Source: Microthyrium microscopicum (lineage: Eukaryota). From it: a stretch of DNA of 64,000 nt. Position 1 is the first letter of the stretch. Every line of letters starts with the position of its first letter. A program made the translations under genes and the position numbers. The stretch is from contig MU004238.1 of NCBI GenBank assembly GCA_010405405.1, positions 1,437,530 to 1,501,529 on the forward strand, in the 5' to 3' direction. This document shows, in pieces, positions 35,064-49,586 of this stretch. The notes beneath the pieces were generated by a model. It did no database searches and had not been told where the DNA came from. It was given only the letters and a program-made list of their open reading frames with translations.

Positions 35064-36791
35064 ATGCGCGTTCTATCGCTGCTAGGCGCTCTATCTCTCG
35101 CCCTCGGCGCACACTCCCGCCACCATGCCTCTGATCATCGACACATAAATGACAATCCCAAACGCATCGCCATCATAGGTATGCCTCTTCCCCTCGAATC
35201 CTCCACTCCTCACTGACCAAACCTAAAGGCGCCGGTGCCGCCGGAACTTCCGCAGCTTACCACCTGCGCACCCTCTCTACCGGCGCATTTCCCCTCTCCA
35301 TCACAATCTTCGACCGCGCTTCTTACATTGGCGGCCGCTCCACCACCGTCAACGCCTTCTCCTCGCCCGAGCACCCAATCGAGCTGGGTGCCTCCATCTT
35401 CGTACCCGTAAATCAAATTCTCGTAAATGCCACCGCGCGCTACAACCTGCCCACCGATTCACACGGCGACCGCAAGCCAGATGGGTGGACGGGCGCAGCG
35501 CTGGGTATCTGGGATGGAGAGAGCATTGTGTTTGCGCAAAGTACCAGTAGCACTGTGTGGGATGCGATTAAGCTACTTTGGCGGTATGGGTTGGCGCCAT
35601 TAGCAGCACAAAGGGCCGTGAAGGATATGGTGGAGCGGTTTATGGGGATGTATGATGGTACCTGGAAGGATATTGGAGAAGAGGCGGGAAGAGTTGGTCT
35701 GTCAGCAATGGCGGGCCTGACTGGTGAGCAAGTGCTCAAGGAGAAAGGGGTTAGTGATCTGTTTGCTAGGGAGGTAGTGCAGGCGGCGTAAGTTTGGATT
35801 CTGTGTCGAGAGATGTAGGCTAATGATGTTCAGGACGAGGGTGAACTATGCGCAGAACATTGGTGTGATATCTGGATTAGAGACTATGGTATGCCTAGCT
35901 CCAGATGGTGCTATGGCCGTGGAGGGTGGGAATTGGCGCATCTTTGAAGCGATGGCGAAAGATGGCGCAGATGAGGTCCTTCTCAACACAGAGATCAAAA
36001 AGGTCATACGGCATGAAAACGGGTCGTATGGGCTCACATTCACCAAGAGCAAAGTGACGAGACAAGGTGTCAAGGTGTTCAAGGACGAGTCTGCCATTTT
36101 CGACGAAGTCATCATCGCTGGACCATATCAATACACCAATCTGACTATTCAGCCTCCTTTGGACTACACACCGGATCCGGTTCCATATGTTAGTCTACAT
36201 GTCACGCTCTTCACGTCACCACTCCTCCTGTCGACGGCTTACTTCAAACAACCAGCCAATACACCAGTCCCTTTGGTAGTGCTCACTACGCTTCCTGAAG
36301 CAGACTATCCACGCGATAGCAATAAGCCAACCAATGCCGGACGGCCTGGTTTCTTCAGTATAAGCATGCTGCGCACTATCGTCAATCCCAAAACACAACA
36401 GACGGAATATTTGTACAAGATCTTCGCTCCGGATCCATTGACACCCGGATTTCTTGCCCAAATCCTAGGTATCGCGACACCTGGCTCATTTGAAGGTTTC
36501 CCAGAGAACGAAGTGAGCTGGCTACATCGCAAAACCTGGGATAGCTACCCTGTCGAATGGCCGCGGGTGACTTTTGAAAGATTGAGCTTGGGCCCTGGGT
36601 TGTGGTATACAGGTGGCATGGACAGTTTTATCAGTACCATGGAGACTAATGCATTGTCGGGCATGAATATTGCAAAATTGATGATCGAAAAATGGACCAA
36701 GGCTGCAGGCCGACTGGCGTCGGAATCCACCCTCTCAGAGCAAGATATGGCAGATATTGAGCAGAAGATGGAGTTCAAGTTGAAGCGATGA
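35064..36791 (+). CDS. Prenylcysteine oxidase/lyase (secretory FAD enzyme)
   Basis: Signal peptide, RIAIIGAGAAGTSAAY, IGGRSTTV, IELGASIF, RTRVNYAQN, AVEGGNWRIF, FISTMETNALSG. Introns approx 35179-35228 and 35788-35833. Confidence 0.9.
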
Positions 36792-36959
36792 TTCTTTATT
36801 CAAAGCCTAGAAGATTGTTTGGTGCTGGGGCGTACTCCTCGAGAAGTTGCTATTGATACAATGTAAAGGAGTAATGTATGATACACAAATGTTGGGGTAT
36901 TGGCGTTAAGGGCTCTCTGAAAGAGAACGATATGATACAATTCATTAGTTTTTATGCTG

Positions 36960-37954
36960 TTATACGTGCTTTCGCAGCGTGGCTCCGCACCATAACACCG
37001 GCGCGAGGTGTTTCGCCGCATTAAATCCAAATAGGCTAATTACGAAGAGTATGGAGAGTATCGGTACAGGCGCAAGTAACAGCTCCGTATGCTGTAGGAA
37101 TGGCAAAGCTGCAAACTCGTTAACTCCCTCCAACCCCGTCTTTGCAAGAAACATACCATTGTACCCCAAAAACGTTATGGCAGTATAGTACATCGCCGCC
37201 ACAAAATACAGCAAGTTCCCAAAGAAATGCGATATCCTATGCCATCTATTAGCTTCTTCTCCGCCACTTTCCCGTCAGCATTATAGCTCACCAATAGTCC
37301 TTGGCCACCACCGGCATCAGAAGAAACTGCACCACATACAGCACCACCCAGACCGGGAGAAACGCTCGTATGCTCACATCGAAGCAATATCCAAACTCGA
37401 GCGCTTCCTCCCCGGAGCCTGTCAGACTTGGCGCAAAAAGACCCTGCCTCCTCCGCCCGCCTGGTAGGCCTGGTACACCTGGTCCCAGCAGCCGGCCTAC
37501 CAATACATATGCCAGCGTGCTGACGGCTAGCGATGCGAGGAGAAAGTGTCCGAATATGAAGACGAGTGTTATGCGTAGTGTGGGTAGTACACCGTCAGCG
37601 TAGGCAACACCCCATGCGAGCGCAGTGAGTAGGAGAAAAAGGGCGAGAAGGTATGTGAAAGATGGGTCAGGCCGATGCCATGTATTCTTCGTTTGTTTCT
37701 ATTGCCTGTCAGCACTGGAAATAGGTAATGAGCAGAGGCCAACGGACATGATAGTATATACTGCGGAAGACCTTCTTAGGCGCAATCATCAACGAGGTCA
37801 TTTCCCAGATGGCGAGCTCAAAGTCCATCTGCGGGAACTTGAACAGGCGCTTGAAGAAGCGCGGCATGCGGACGGCATCGCTGCGCGAGGAGGAGGGCGC
37901 GATGCCGCCGAATGTTGACGAGTGTTGGCGCGGGAGAGATATGTGTGGGTTCAT
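36960..37954 (-). CDS. GMH1: UNC-50/Gmh1 family Golgi membrane protein
   Basis: RMPRFFKRLFKFPQMDFELAIWEMTSLMIAPKKVFRSIYYH, TWHRPDP, LEFGYCFDVSIRAF, ITFLGYN-ALPFL. Three short introns. Confidence 0.93.
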
Positions 37955-38769
37955 GCCGGCGGGAGAAGATGGGATGGGGAGGATTTGGGTGGTTTGGTTG
38001 CGGCGGTTTGGAGAAGAGGATGTTGGAGTTATGGACATGTGGACGTTGGGGTTAACTGAACTGACTATCTGATGCAGTCTCGCCCCCTGGTCATTGCTTG
38101 ATATAAAATTGTGAACAGGAGCCATTCACAACTTCTCAAAATGATACTCTTGTATGACAGCTAGGAAAATCATGGATTCTCTGGAATGTATCCTAGCATA
38201 AAGATCAACAACATAATTGTCATGCTTCCATAAAATTTGATGTGTACCATCCGCTAAGCTTTATTAGTAGGTGTGTCAAGTTCCATTGAAAGAGCCAACT
38301 CCCATCGAATGCGCTGGGACCTAAAGCAACTTCTTGTCTTCAATGCTATGGAAATGCTAGTAGCTAATGGAGGCTCGCCAACCATTGTGACACCCAATTG
38401 AAGCCCAGAAAAGAGATTCCGCGCTCCGGATGTAGTATAATACAATGATATATTGACATTCTATAAGGTTTTCGTAATACATGGAGAAGAAATGTTTGGT
38501 AGAACCGCCATGATTTCCACACACATTCAACTTCGCCTTGACTCATACATTCCCCTTCTGGTTTCGAGAACTGGCAGTGTTCGTTGTGGATTCATACTGT
38601 CCATCGGATCACATCAACCATAGAAGCATCCAAGGGAGTGAATCCGAAATGTCTGCGTCTTCGTCGCCTGGCTGAATTTGCCAACCTATCAACTCTGCAG
38701 TGACGTTCTCAGCCATCGGCGCGCTTATTGACTTGATGATGCTCTCTTTCCCGCAGCATTTCATAGTCT

Positions 38770-40398
38770 TCAAGCTTCACGCTGCTTCTGTGGCAGAATC
38801 TCACCGGCTTGCTGGCGTTCCTGCTGCAGGACTGGTGCCTCATACTCCCACTCATCGTCCTCCTCATCAAACTCTTCGCCTCTCCAGCTCGCAACCACGC
38901 GATCCCAAAGACCCTTCTTCCCTACCATTCCCAACACCAACACAATCGGCAAATACCATACACTTGCCCAAAACAAGCTCCTTGCCGAGCCCTTGGCACC
39001 CTGCAGCTTAACGAATTCCAATGACCGCCAGACCATCCAAAAACTGACCGGCCCTGACGCTACTACTGCCCAACTATCCACTACGCCTGCAGTATACAGC
39101 TGCACAATGGTAGCCGGAAGAAGCGCAGAACATCCCAGCGCAAAGAACGCATCAAGTCGCGGTCGGCTACTACATAACATCTTGTAACCAGCTGCCGCAT
39201 ATTCGTGCCGAATGGTCCAGCTGAGCGCTGCAAAATGTGGGATCTGCCAGAGGAATAGCAAAGCTGCTAACGCCCACCCGCCGCGACTATCTGGACCGAA
39301 TAGTAGTTCGTGCCAGTCGCCGGATTCACTGGCTGTTTGGCCGGCTGCTGCGGTCCAGCCCATCAGTGGAGGTATCGCGCCGACGACTGCGCCGACCCAT
39401 GTGTTGATAGGATGAATGCGCTTCAGAGGTGTGTAGACAAAAGCGTATAGGCCGATGTTTGCGGCGGCCAAGAAGGCGGTAGTCGGGTTAACACCGAAGT
39501 AGAGGCCGGCTGTGCCAAGAGTGCCGGTAAGTATGGCGAAGATGAGGGCGGCACGTTTAGTTAGTAGACCGCGGACGAGTGGCCGGTTGCGAGTGCGGCT
39601 CATAAGAGCGTCGTATTGAGGTTCGAACAGCATGTTCAAGGCGTTGGCGGAAGCGCATGTGAGAAATGTGCCAGTGGTGAGAAAAAGGAGGGTTATAGGA
39701 CTTAAGGAGGGAACAGCGGCGGCTGCTGGATCGAGCATGGCGGGAACCGGGTACATGCCATAGGCTGCGGTGGATGTGAGGATGATGAGGAAAGTAAGGC
39801 GCGGTTTGGAGAGGGAGAGGTAGGTTGTGAATTTGCGCTTGAAAGATTGTTCTGGTAGGGCATGCGAGATCGTGGTTAACCGAGATGACGCATCTTGAGG
39901 TCCAATATCGTCCTGAACTGACGATATGGCTTGCTCGCTCGGCCTTGGTGTCTCTTTACCCTGCGGCGTTCTTATGCTATGTAATGTCTTCGTGTCTGGC
40001 GGTACCTGATCCCTAATGTCTTTTTCTTTCCTTATTTTAGACAGCTCTCTCACACTGTATATAGCCGGTCCCTTCTTCCGCCTCTGCTCTTCTCCTTTCG
40101 TCTTGTTCTCAGCACGGAATTGTGCCACCAGCTCCTTCACTCTCTTCTGCCGCCGCTCATTTGCGGATATATCAGGTGGATCCGCTTTCGTCGACTGTTT
40201 TCTCGAGGATGTAAAATTCCATGACCTGTCCGACCTCTTGAGGCTTTTTGCAAGTCGATTCGATGTCATCAAATGGCCCGCTAGACGTAACGAGGCCGTC
40301 GAGGAATAGCTCCGCGTGCTTGGCTGACTTCGAGCAATTTGATGGAGACAATTCGTACATATTGAATCCAAGGAAGGAAGAAAAGGCCGGACGAGCAT
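38770..40398 (-). CDS. COX10: Protoheme IX farnesyltransferase (heme O synthase)
   Basis: LSKPRLT, DALMSRTRNRPLVRG, YTPLKRIHPINTWVGAVVGAIPPLMGW, WQIPHF, YAAAGYKM. First ATG at 40398. Confidence 0.95.
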   Translation of the reverse strand: MLVRPFLPSLDSICTNCLHQIARSQPSTRSYSSTASLRLAGHLMTSNRLAKSLKRSDRSWNFTSSRKQSTKADPPDISANERRQKRVKELVAQFRAENKTKGEEQRRKKGPAIYSVRELSKIRKEKDIRDQVPPDTKTLHSIRTPQGKETPRPSEQAISSVQDDIGPQDASSRLTTISHALPEQSFKRKFTTYLSLSKPRLTFLIILTSTAAYGMYPVPAMLDPAAAAVPSLSPITLLFLTTGTFLTCASANALNMLFEPQYDALMSRTRNRPLVRGLLTKRAALIFAILTGTLGTAGLYFGVNPTTAFLAAANIGLYAFVYTPLKRIHPINTWVGAVVGAIPPLMGWTAAAGQTASESGDWHELLFGPDSRGGWALAALLFLWQIPHFAALSWTIRHEYAAAGYKMLCSSRPRLDAFFALGCSALLPATIVQLYTAGVVDSWAVVASGPVSFWMVWRSLEFVKLQGAKGSARSLFWASVWYLPIVLVLGMVGKKGLWDRVVASWRGEEFDEEDDEWEYEAPVLQQERQQAGEILPQKQREA

Positions 40399-40871
40399 GG
40401 TCTGAAGCACCAGTGGCTAGGGTTAAGGATTGAGAGCTCGACGAAGAAAGTCGAGGTCCGTCGGCGATTGAGATGGTGGTTAACAAAAGTTCGGCAGGTC
40501 TTGGCATGGATCTCTTGGCATCAATTCTGGAGTTATGATCTTGATATCTGTCAGAACATTTACATAGTGATTGTTATGTGTTCTTTCTTGTTTTCAAGCG
40601 TTAAGAGATTGAACTGAAGAAGAGAAGAAAAACACTTTCATTGCATAATGAGAACGCCGGGCTGGTACCTGATATGCGTACTTCTACAATCTCCAATCCT
40701 CCCTAACATGCTGAATGATCCAATGGTATCCTGCTAAATAATAATGAGAATGGTATCAAACACGAGCTCTTTTCTTGCACATAGTACAATCCAAACTAGA
40801 CGCCAACGCATGGTCAAATCAAAAATCAAATACGCCTCCTTCATGATAGAGTCTTGAGCTTGAACAGCTCC

Positions 40872-42938
40872 TCAAACTCCCTGGCTCGCTCGATTAAGAA
40901 CACGAATATAGTTCGTGAATATGCCCACGATCCCTTCATAATTGTTCGGCATCCCTTGAGCAGTCTTCTGCCCCTCTCGCACAATCAGATCCGTATCGAG
41001 CTCCAGCTCCAGCTCATGCATTTTTTCAGCCTGAGGATCCGGGCGCCCTCCTGTCAAAGCTCCACTGCTAACTTGTGTCAAATCCATACTAACGAATTGA
41101 TGTTTGTAGCTCAGACGATCTTTGTAGCGAGAACGGCTTGATCCGTCTCTTTCCACGACCCGCTTAAGGCCTTCCACTGGGTGGGGGAACTTGATTTCCA
41201 CCGAGACACTAATCCGCACGTCAAATGCGTCTTTCGGACAAGTGATCTCCATATCCGCAATACGGAATTTCATAATGGCGTCCTTGAATTGGCCGGTTTG
41301 TGCATTGGTCGTAGCACGAACTTTCGGCTCGTGCTTCTGATTGCTGCGAATGTGCTGTAGAGAATCCGGTAGACTGTTGAGAAACTCATGGGGAGGCTCA
41401 AAAAACGTGTCCATTTCCCGCAGATGTTCGTATTTGATAGGGACTCGCTTCGGATCATTTCTGGTCCGCTCTGTCTCCGTATTCAAATATTCGTTGAGTA
41501 ACCGATGTTGTTTCTAGATATGATTTAGGTTTAGGTCAACAACATGTCGCATGGCACTTACAATGGTCATGTCACTCTCAAAGCGGAAGCCCATGTTAGC
41601 GGTTAATGCTGCTTCTGTAGTGATGCCAAGATGAACTCTGTCGCCCAGATTTCCATCTTTGAGTTTACCAAGACGTGCCTCGACTTCAATGACCCCGAAC
41701 TGCGGATCCATTGGAGGGGCTTGTACAACATTTGAGAACAAGAACTCCGCAATCTCACGCGTGATATCATTATATGGAACATGATTATCAAGACTGAGTT
41801 CGTAGTCTCCCACCGGACTGACTTCAAAGGCTCGCGAACTTTGAGCGTGGTTAGATCCATTCGTCTGTGTCGCGGGGGCTGGAGCTGGTGCCGGAGGTGA
41901 CGCGCCGTTTCTCTCAATATGATGCTGCGAAGGAACGCGCTGAGGTCTCGATTCTACGGGTCGATCTATTGATTCTCGAGGTGTCACTACCCATTGGTCC
42001 ATCGTCTTGAGAGGTGCCCATCTTGCCCGTTGAGCCCAAGCCGGGGTGCCTTCATAGCGTCGGCGTTTTATTGGACGTGCAACCTGTTCCGCTGTTGAGC
42101 TCAGGCTTCTCTTCCGCGATTCAGAGTTTCCATCTTGTGGGGTTCGCATTGCACTCATTGAATGTGAGCTACGAGGGATTTCCGGAGTTACGGGAGAAGG
42201 CTGGGTGGGTGTTTGGAATGTGGCGGATTGTGGAGGAAGCGGGCTCGTTTGTATGAAAGAAGGGTTCGGAGGAATCGGTGGAGGCATCGCTTTCACCTGA
42301 ATTGGAGACTGAGAAGGTTGCTGAAAGGTTGCCATGGACCGAATATCAACAGGAGATTGTGAGGGATAAGTTGAGTGAAAATCGTGTGCGCGTGCTTGAA
42401 CTGGTGAGGAAGTTACTGATGCAGCGTGAAGGAATTGCGGAGAGTGCTCAAACTGGTCTCTGGCACTTATAGGCTCGTGAATGGCAGAAGTTGGGTTTGA
42501 GATGATAGAATGGATTGAATGTTCGCGGGTATGGGTTCGACTTGGAGTATTTAAGGGATGACCATCAGATCGCAGCTGATCATTTTGAAGACTGGGGTGG
42601 TGTGAGTGGTATGGATCTTGTGAGGTTATGGAAGTGCCACGAGGGATCGAATTTGGCATAGTCTTGGGACTGACGCTCAAACTTGGATCGCGAAAGTATT
42701 CCTCTCGATGAGGCGCGTACGACGAATGAGGTAACGGCGGTTGATTTGGGTACATTTCTGGGGATGAGGGATGCGTATACGCAGGGAATGACTGTTGGCG
42801 TGCAAGAGAAGGATGGCCTTGGTGCGCTACGTGCTGTAGTGAAGGTTGCGCAAGAGAGGCCGAACGAATGGGTGGACGTGAGGTGGTACCGGCGGGCGGT
42901 TTGTCCGCCGGCTTATTGAGGATTGATCTGAGATCCAT
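40872..42938 (-). CDS. CET1: mRNA 5'-triphosphatase (capping enzyme beta subunit)
   Basis: Starts MDLRSILN, has the PAWAQ motif, and CYTH motifs IEVEARLG, FESDM, DVRISVSVE, RYKDRLSY, DLTQV, HELELE. Intron 41561-41514. Confidence 0.92.
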
Positions 42939-44345
42939 TGCTTGGGTTTTTGGAGGTTGATCGAAATGTTGCTAAAACGGAAGGTGCGCTTGGAACTAGT
43001 GGTAATAGTGATGGAATGTCAACCAAAAGCACGACTCCCAGACCTCTTAGACTCCAGTCTCCCACCACTAAACACCCACACGGTTGCGCCGGATGAACGA
43101 TCACGAAGAGCTGGCAGGCTTCCAATTGAGGCTGAGATATGACAAGAACTGATTGGATAGCAAGCAAGGCCTCGGACAGAGACGGCTAGTGAAGAAGGCG
43201 TGTAAAGTCAATGGACACAGTCATTTTGCGCGAGTCTGGGGTAGCGTGCAAAGAATCAACAAACAAAGCGCTGATTGCAGTCGCACATGAGACACATGCA
43301 CACAGACGAGGGAATGTTTAGCGACCAGGAGGCCGCAAGAGTCCAGATGAGTACAGGGTGAGAAGGGATGGTGTTGTAGAGATGTTGGAGATGTTGGTTG
43401 TGGAAGGATGAAGCCAAGTTGAGCTCTGGCTTTGCGCAGCGCATACCAGACAAGCGACTCTTAGAACCAAGTGGAGGCGCGGGCAGCCGCTGTGCATGAG
43501 AAGGGAGAGAATGGATGACTCGATGCTGACACAATGTGTATGTTGCTCTTGAATGGTTATAGCCTAACAGCAAGAGTGGACACTTGTCTATATTTGGAGA
43601 TTGATAACTTAGTAATGGCAGCCTGATGCTTCGCTTCTGCCTACATATGTAAGGAGGCAGCATAGTATTGCCAATGTAATGTAGACCAGGCGAAGCTGTA
43701 GAAAATCAAAGCGAATGCGCATAGAGTATATTTTTTAAAGAGGATACAAGTTGTATTGAATGCGCTACATAGGAGATGCATACATTGCAAGATATCTTGT
43801 TGATGGTTTATGGTTCCTGACCAGGAATTAGGCTAGTCCTATTCAGGATTGGAAGTCACGACCAGTTGCCACATGCATCGTTCCTGCCTTTGAGGCCTAA
43901 GGCTCCTTCCTTGCCAGGCCCCAAAGCAGTCGCGTCCTTGAATGTTGGTGACTGCCATGTGTGTTGGTTGCTCCTGCGCTGCACGGCCAGCTACCACCAG
44001 ATGCGCCCTGACACTGACACCAGGCATGACCACCCTTACAGTTTGACATTGTCAAGACTCCAAACCACCATCTCTACAACTCCTTTCATCCATCTCCATC
44101 GCCATCGCCATCACTTTGCCTCATTCCAGCCGCCTCAATAATCACAATCTCCATTCTGGTCGTGGCTGTTCACTTCGTTCTGTCCTTTCTCAATCACGAT
44201 TCTCTTGCCTTCCACCACTCTCTCCAAGCTACAGCTCACTCCATCGCCCACACTTAATTCCCCGTATCTCTCCATCCTCAACCATCGCCTTCAGATATAA
44301 CATACATTGCCAGCCTACTCTCCGAGCTCCCCAACACTGACCGTC

Positions 44346-47300
44346 ATGGTCCGTCTCACATCTGCCGCCGGACTCGTCGGCTTCTTGTCCGAGCCTGATC
44401 CAACTCTCCGGAGCTTCGCCCTTCATTCTTTGAACGAACACGTTCAGCTGCTTTGGCCCGAGATATCAAATTCAATAGCTGACATGTAAGTTTTGACTTG
44501 TTTTGTCTCACATTACTCTTTACTTCGCTTTGTTTGCGCAAGAGCTGTCGCGCCAAGCTCCTGAGCTATGTCGTAATCATGACTTGAAGCTAATAATACC
44601 AAATAGTGAGGCGCTTTGCGAAGATGAATCTTTCTCCGAGAGAGAGCTTGCAGCCCTGGTGGCCTCAAAAGTTTATTATCAGCTTGGCGAATACAATGAA
44701 AGCATGACCTTTGCTCTCAGCGCTGGCAAGCTATTTGATCTCGACCATCCCAGCGAGTATGAGGACACTATCATTGGTATATCTGCAATTTCCACTTCAA
44801 ATGAACTGCATGCTAACAACTATGAAAGCTCGCTGCATTGATACATACATTACACTCTCGGCGATGAAGAACCCCAGCACACCCGCCATTGGCTCATTCT
44901 CACCACAACTACCCTCAGCATTCCCTTCTAATTCTAACGGTAGCGCAAACATCGCTGCAGGATTGACTTCTCCGACCACACCATTCTCTCAATCGGCACT
45001 CCCGTCAAAATCGTTACTATCGCGCCAGAATTCTTTGACGTTTGATCCGAATCAACCTGCCGAATTAGCTCCGGGCATGCCATCCACTCTCCCTACTCTC
45101 ACTCCCGTGGTCCAAAAGAACCTCCAGGCGGTTATTCGGAGACTCTTCGAGAGCTGCTATCGCAGTGGCGCCTACCAGCAAGTGGTTGGCATAGCCATCG
45201 AGGCGCGAAATCTCGACGTTCTTCGAGAAGCCATCCTCAAGGCCAGCCAAACTGATAAGAAGCTCGGAAAGAAACCATCAAGCAGTACACCTGGTAAAGG
45301 AGAAGAGTTGATGGAATATGTTTTGGATATCTGCATGAATGTTGTTCAAGAACGAAGCTTCCGGAACGCAATTCTCCGACTGATCCTCGATCTACTCAAC
45401 GACATCCCCAACCCTGACTACTTCTCAATCGCTAAATGTGTCGTCTACCTAGATCAACATTCGATGGCTTCGAGTATGCTCAAGCATCTAGTTGAACGGG
45501 GCGATGGGAAATCCCTCGCCACGGCTTATCAAATATCTTTTGATCTCTATGATAATGGCTCGCAAGAATTTTTGTCCAAAGTCATTGAAGAGCTGCCTGA
45601 GACTGAAGAAACAGATGAGGAGAAGCCAGCCACCAATGGATCGGCAATTCACCCCGACTCAAAACCAGAAGATGCCGAAAAGGAACCTCTCCTTGCCAAC
45701 CAAGACTCTGACACGAACGGAGAAGCGACGACAATGGTTTCTAGATCGAAACCTCGATCCGAGAACGAACAAGAAGTCAAAGCTTATACCTCTATCCGAC
45801 AGATTCTTCGCGGTACCAAGAGCATTGAACTCAATCTTGAATTCTTATATCGCAGCAACCGAACCGACAAGAGTGTTCTCAACAAGCTTCGAGACAGCTT
45901 GGAGGCTCGCAATTCCATATTCCACACTGGTATAACATTTGCCAATGCGTTTATGAATTCCGGTACCACAAATGATTCCTTCTTCAGAGAAAATTTGGAG
46001 TGGCTCAGCAAGGCGGTCAACTGGTCTAAATTCACGGCTACTGCTGCACTCGGTGTCATCCATCGGGGCAACATCACCCAAGGCCAAAAGCTTCTGGAAC
46101 CATATCTGCCCAAGGATAGCTCTCTTAGCAACTCGGTATACTCACAGGGTGGTTCTCTATACGCGCTTGGTCTCATTTACACAAACCATGGTCATCACGT
46201 TTTGGACTATCTTCGGACTCAATTCAACAAAGCAACCGAAGAAGTTGTCCAACATGGTGGTGCTCTTGGTCTTGGTGTTGCTGGTATGGGCACTGGCTCA
46301 GAGGCCATTTATGAGGACTTGAAGCAGGTTCTCTACACCGATTCTGCTATCAACGGTGAAGCAGTTGGTCTTGCAATGGGCCTGGTCATGCTTGGAACCG
46401 GCAACATCAAGGCCCTTGAAGACATGATTTCTTATGCTCACGACACTCAGCATGAAAAGATTGTTCGTGGTCTTGCCTTGGGCATGGCTTTAGTCATGTA
46501 TGCCCGGCAGGAAGCTGCTGACGAGCTAATTTCTGGTCTTTTGGACGACCCAGATCCAACTCTGCGTTACGGTGGTATCATGACAATCGCTCTGGCATAT
46601 TGCGGCACTGGCAGCAACAAAGCTGTGCGTAAATTACTCCACGTTGCTGTCAGCGACGTCAGTGATGATGTTCGACGGGAAGCTGTCATGAGCTTGGGCT
46701 TTGTACTCTTCCGAAAGCCCAGCAGTGTTCCACGTATGGTTGAACTGCTCGCCGAATCATACAATCCTCATGTACGATATGGTGCAACCATGGCTTTGGG
46801 TATTGCCTGCGCAGGTACAGGCCTTGATGAGGCCATTGATCTTCTAGAGCCCATGCTTAAGGACTCGGTCGACTTTGTTCGCCAGGGTGCAAATATTGCC
46901 CTTGCCATGATCTTGGTTCAACAAAATGAGGCAATGAACCCAAAAGTAGCCACCATCCGCAAACAATTCACCAAAACCATAAGTGACCGACACGAGGATG
47001 CCATGGCCAAGTTTGGCTGCGCGCTTGCTCTGGGCATCATTGATGCCGGCGGGCGAAACTGCACCATCGGACTTCAGACTCAAACTGGCAATCTAAACAT
47101 GACTGCAATCGTCGGCATGGCAGTATTCACACAATACTGGTACTGGTTTCCGTTAACACACTTCCTCTCTTTAAGCTTCATGCCTACTGCGGTTATTGGG
47201 GTTGACCAAGATCTCGAAATTCCAACCTTTCAATTCCACAGCAACACACGCCCAAGCATGTTTGATTACCCACCCGAGGCTGAAGCAAAAGCCGAGGAAG

Positions 47301-48040
47301 TCATGGAGAAGATCAAAACCGCTGTCTTATCGACGACTGCCCAGGCCAAGCGGAGAAGACAGGCCAAAGAGGCCAAGCAACGTGGTGAGAGTATGGGTAT
47401 GAGTATGGAACTTGACCCACCCAAGTCCGCTGTAGACCGGGAGACATCCGCACAACCTGAGGAGGCCAAAAGTGGCGAGGACGAAAAGACCCCCGAAAAA
47501 GAAGAGGCTATAACCAAGCGGAAACAAGAAAAGGAGAAGGTTGGCTATGAACTTGACAACATGTCCCGAGTGCTACCAGCTCAACTCAAATATATCAGCT
47601 TCCCTGGCGAGCGGTATGTACCCGTCAAAAAGGTAAAAATCTCCTACAATTTAGAAACTGTCTGATGCTAACAACGTCTCTAGCCAACCGGTGGTGTGAT
47701 ATTACTCAACGACACTACTCCCTCCGAAAAGAAGTCCCTCCTTGAACTAAAAGTTAAGAAGACTGCAGTCAAGGCCGCTCCAGAAATGCCAACCAACCGC
47801 GGCAACGCACTCTCCAACCTGTTTGGTGACCGTGCCGGTCGACGTGACATGCCTCTCTCGGCGTTACTCGGCGTAAACGATGACCCACCAGAGTACTCCT
47901 CAACTGACCGAGCCACTGAACGACCAACCTCCAGCAGTCAGCCCCCGCGAAGCGCGGCGGCAGATGAAGATGGCAGTGGTGAAGCTGATCTTCCAGAGGA
48001 CTTTGAGTACATTAGCGACGATGCCATGGAGGAAGATTAG
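44346..48040 (+). CDS. RPN2: 26S proteasome regulatory subunit Rpn2
   Basis: MVRLTSAAGLVGFL, ALVASKVYY, NWSKFTATAALGVIH, PC repeats, SYNPHVRYG, QYWYWFP, NMSRVLPAQ. Three introns. Confidence 0.97.
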
Positions 48041-48265
48041 TAGGATCATTGTCGTCGTCAGCGTGGCTCGCGTCACCACTCCAATCCCTAACCACACAAT
48101 CCTTCCCATATCCAGTTTTTAGTATTACGGAGCACAGGGTCTAGTGTAGGCATGGCATTATAGTAGAAATCCGGCAGGCGTAAACGGCCGCGATATCAGT
48201 GTAATATATCAGTTTATTCATTTTTGCATCTATACTTTCCCTGCCTCTTGATTCCTTGCCGTGCC

Positions 48266-49043
48266 TTACAGGTTCGTCGGCGTCCAACCCTTGCCATCTG
48301 TAATCCACACCTCCCGCTCCCCCTTTACACCTTCTTCATACACCTTCCAGTACGTCTTTGCGATATTAGCTGGTGAAAATATCTCGCTCTCGGGCTTCAC
48401 GAGTCCATGCACGATGATCGCGCATACGTGTATCCCTTCTGGCGCGAGCTTTTGCGCCAGCGACATGGTTAGATTGTGCTGTGAGGCTTTACTCTGGGCC
48501 AGCGAGAAGAAGGGATGGTATGGTGTCTTGTAAAGCCCGCCGCTCGTTACAATTAGTGCAGGTGAGCGACCTTCTTCCTTGGCTAGACTCGCTAATTGTG
48601 GTGCAAGGATTTTAGCAGCTGTATAGAGTCCTAGCGTCGTCACCTATCGTCCTCTTTATTAGTTCAGCTAGCGAGAGTTGTGAGAATGTGAATTCTACCT
48701 TATAATCACTCAACACACGCTCCTCATCAACTTCAAATAGCCCGCTTTTGCCTGTTCGCGCCGCATTGTAGATGACTACTTCCGGGGCCCCAAAATCGTT
48801 CTTGATGGATTCCAGGGCGGTCGTGAGACTGGCTGTGTCTGCGAGGTCTGCTGGGTAGGCTTTCACGGTTACTTGTTTGCCTGCGTGTTCTGCGGCTGCT
48901 TGGACGCTGGAGACGTCGGTTGAGAGACGCGAGGCTGTGCGGGCTACGAGGGCGATGTGGGTGAATGTGGAGCTGGCGAAGTGGGAGGCGACGCCGACGC
49001 CGATGCCGGGTCCGGAGCCGAGGACTATTAGGAGGCGGGTCAT
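48266..49043 (-). CDS. Short-chain dehydrogenase/reductase
   Basis: LIVLGSGPGIG, VVIYNAA, LIVTSG, FFSLAQSKASQHNL, GIHVCAIIVHG. Intron 48698-48644. Confidence 0.88.
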
Positions 49044-49586
49044 TGTGGTGGTGAGAGAGATTTGGTGTTGCGGACGTGAGAGGCCAGTTTGGTGTTGAGT
49101 GGTGATGATGAAGGTGGATGGAGTTGGTGGTTTGGGACGTTGGGGAATGGAGGGAGGGGAAGTATACTGAAGAGCTATATCAGATGTAGTATTCTAACCG
49201 GTTTACTACTAGTATGATTTATTATCAAAGCTTTCAGAGCTTATATCCAGAGCACGGAGACGGTTTGTTCAAAAGCTCACCCTAGTAAGCTATAGTTGCG
49301 AGCTGGAGTTGATATTGAGCTTTCATACCTCGGCTCAGGGGATGGATGTTTACCCCTGAGTGCAAACATCATTTATAAACATTGTGGATTTGGAGACTAA
49401 CTACGTTGTGTTTATATCTATACACAGAATAGGTAAAATAGCACAAAGAGTGCTCTATACTCTACTATAAATTTCCAAGATACCCAAAACGCCAATGTAT
49501 GTCCAATCCATGCGATGCTATATTGTACTGACCCTCTGCTACGTCTCCAAACATAAGAAAACAAGTTGTCGAAGTAAGCTGGCGCT

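Noticed and set aside
43865..43874. Rpn4/PACE-like site (TGTGGCAAC, minus strand) upstream of RPN2
   Set aside because: It is a single imperfect short match, expected by chance.
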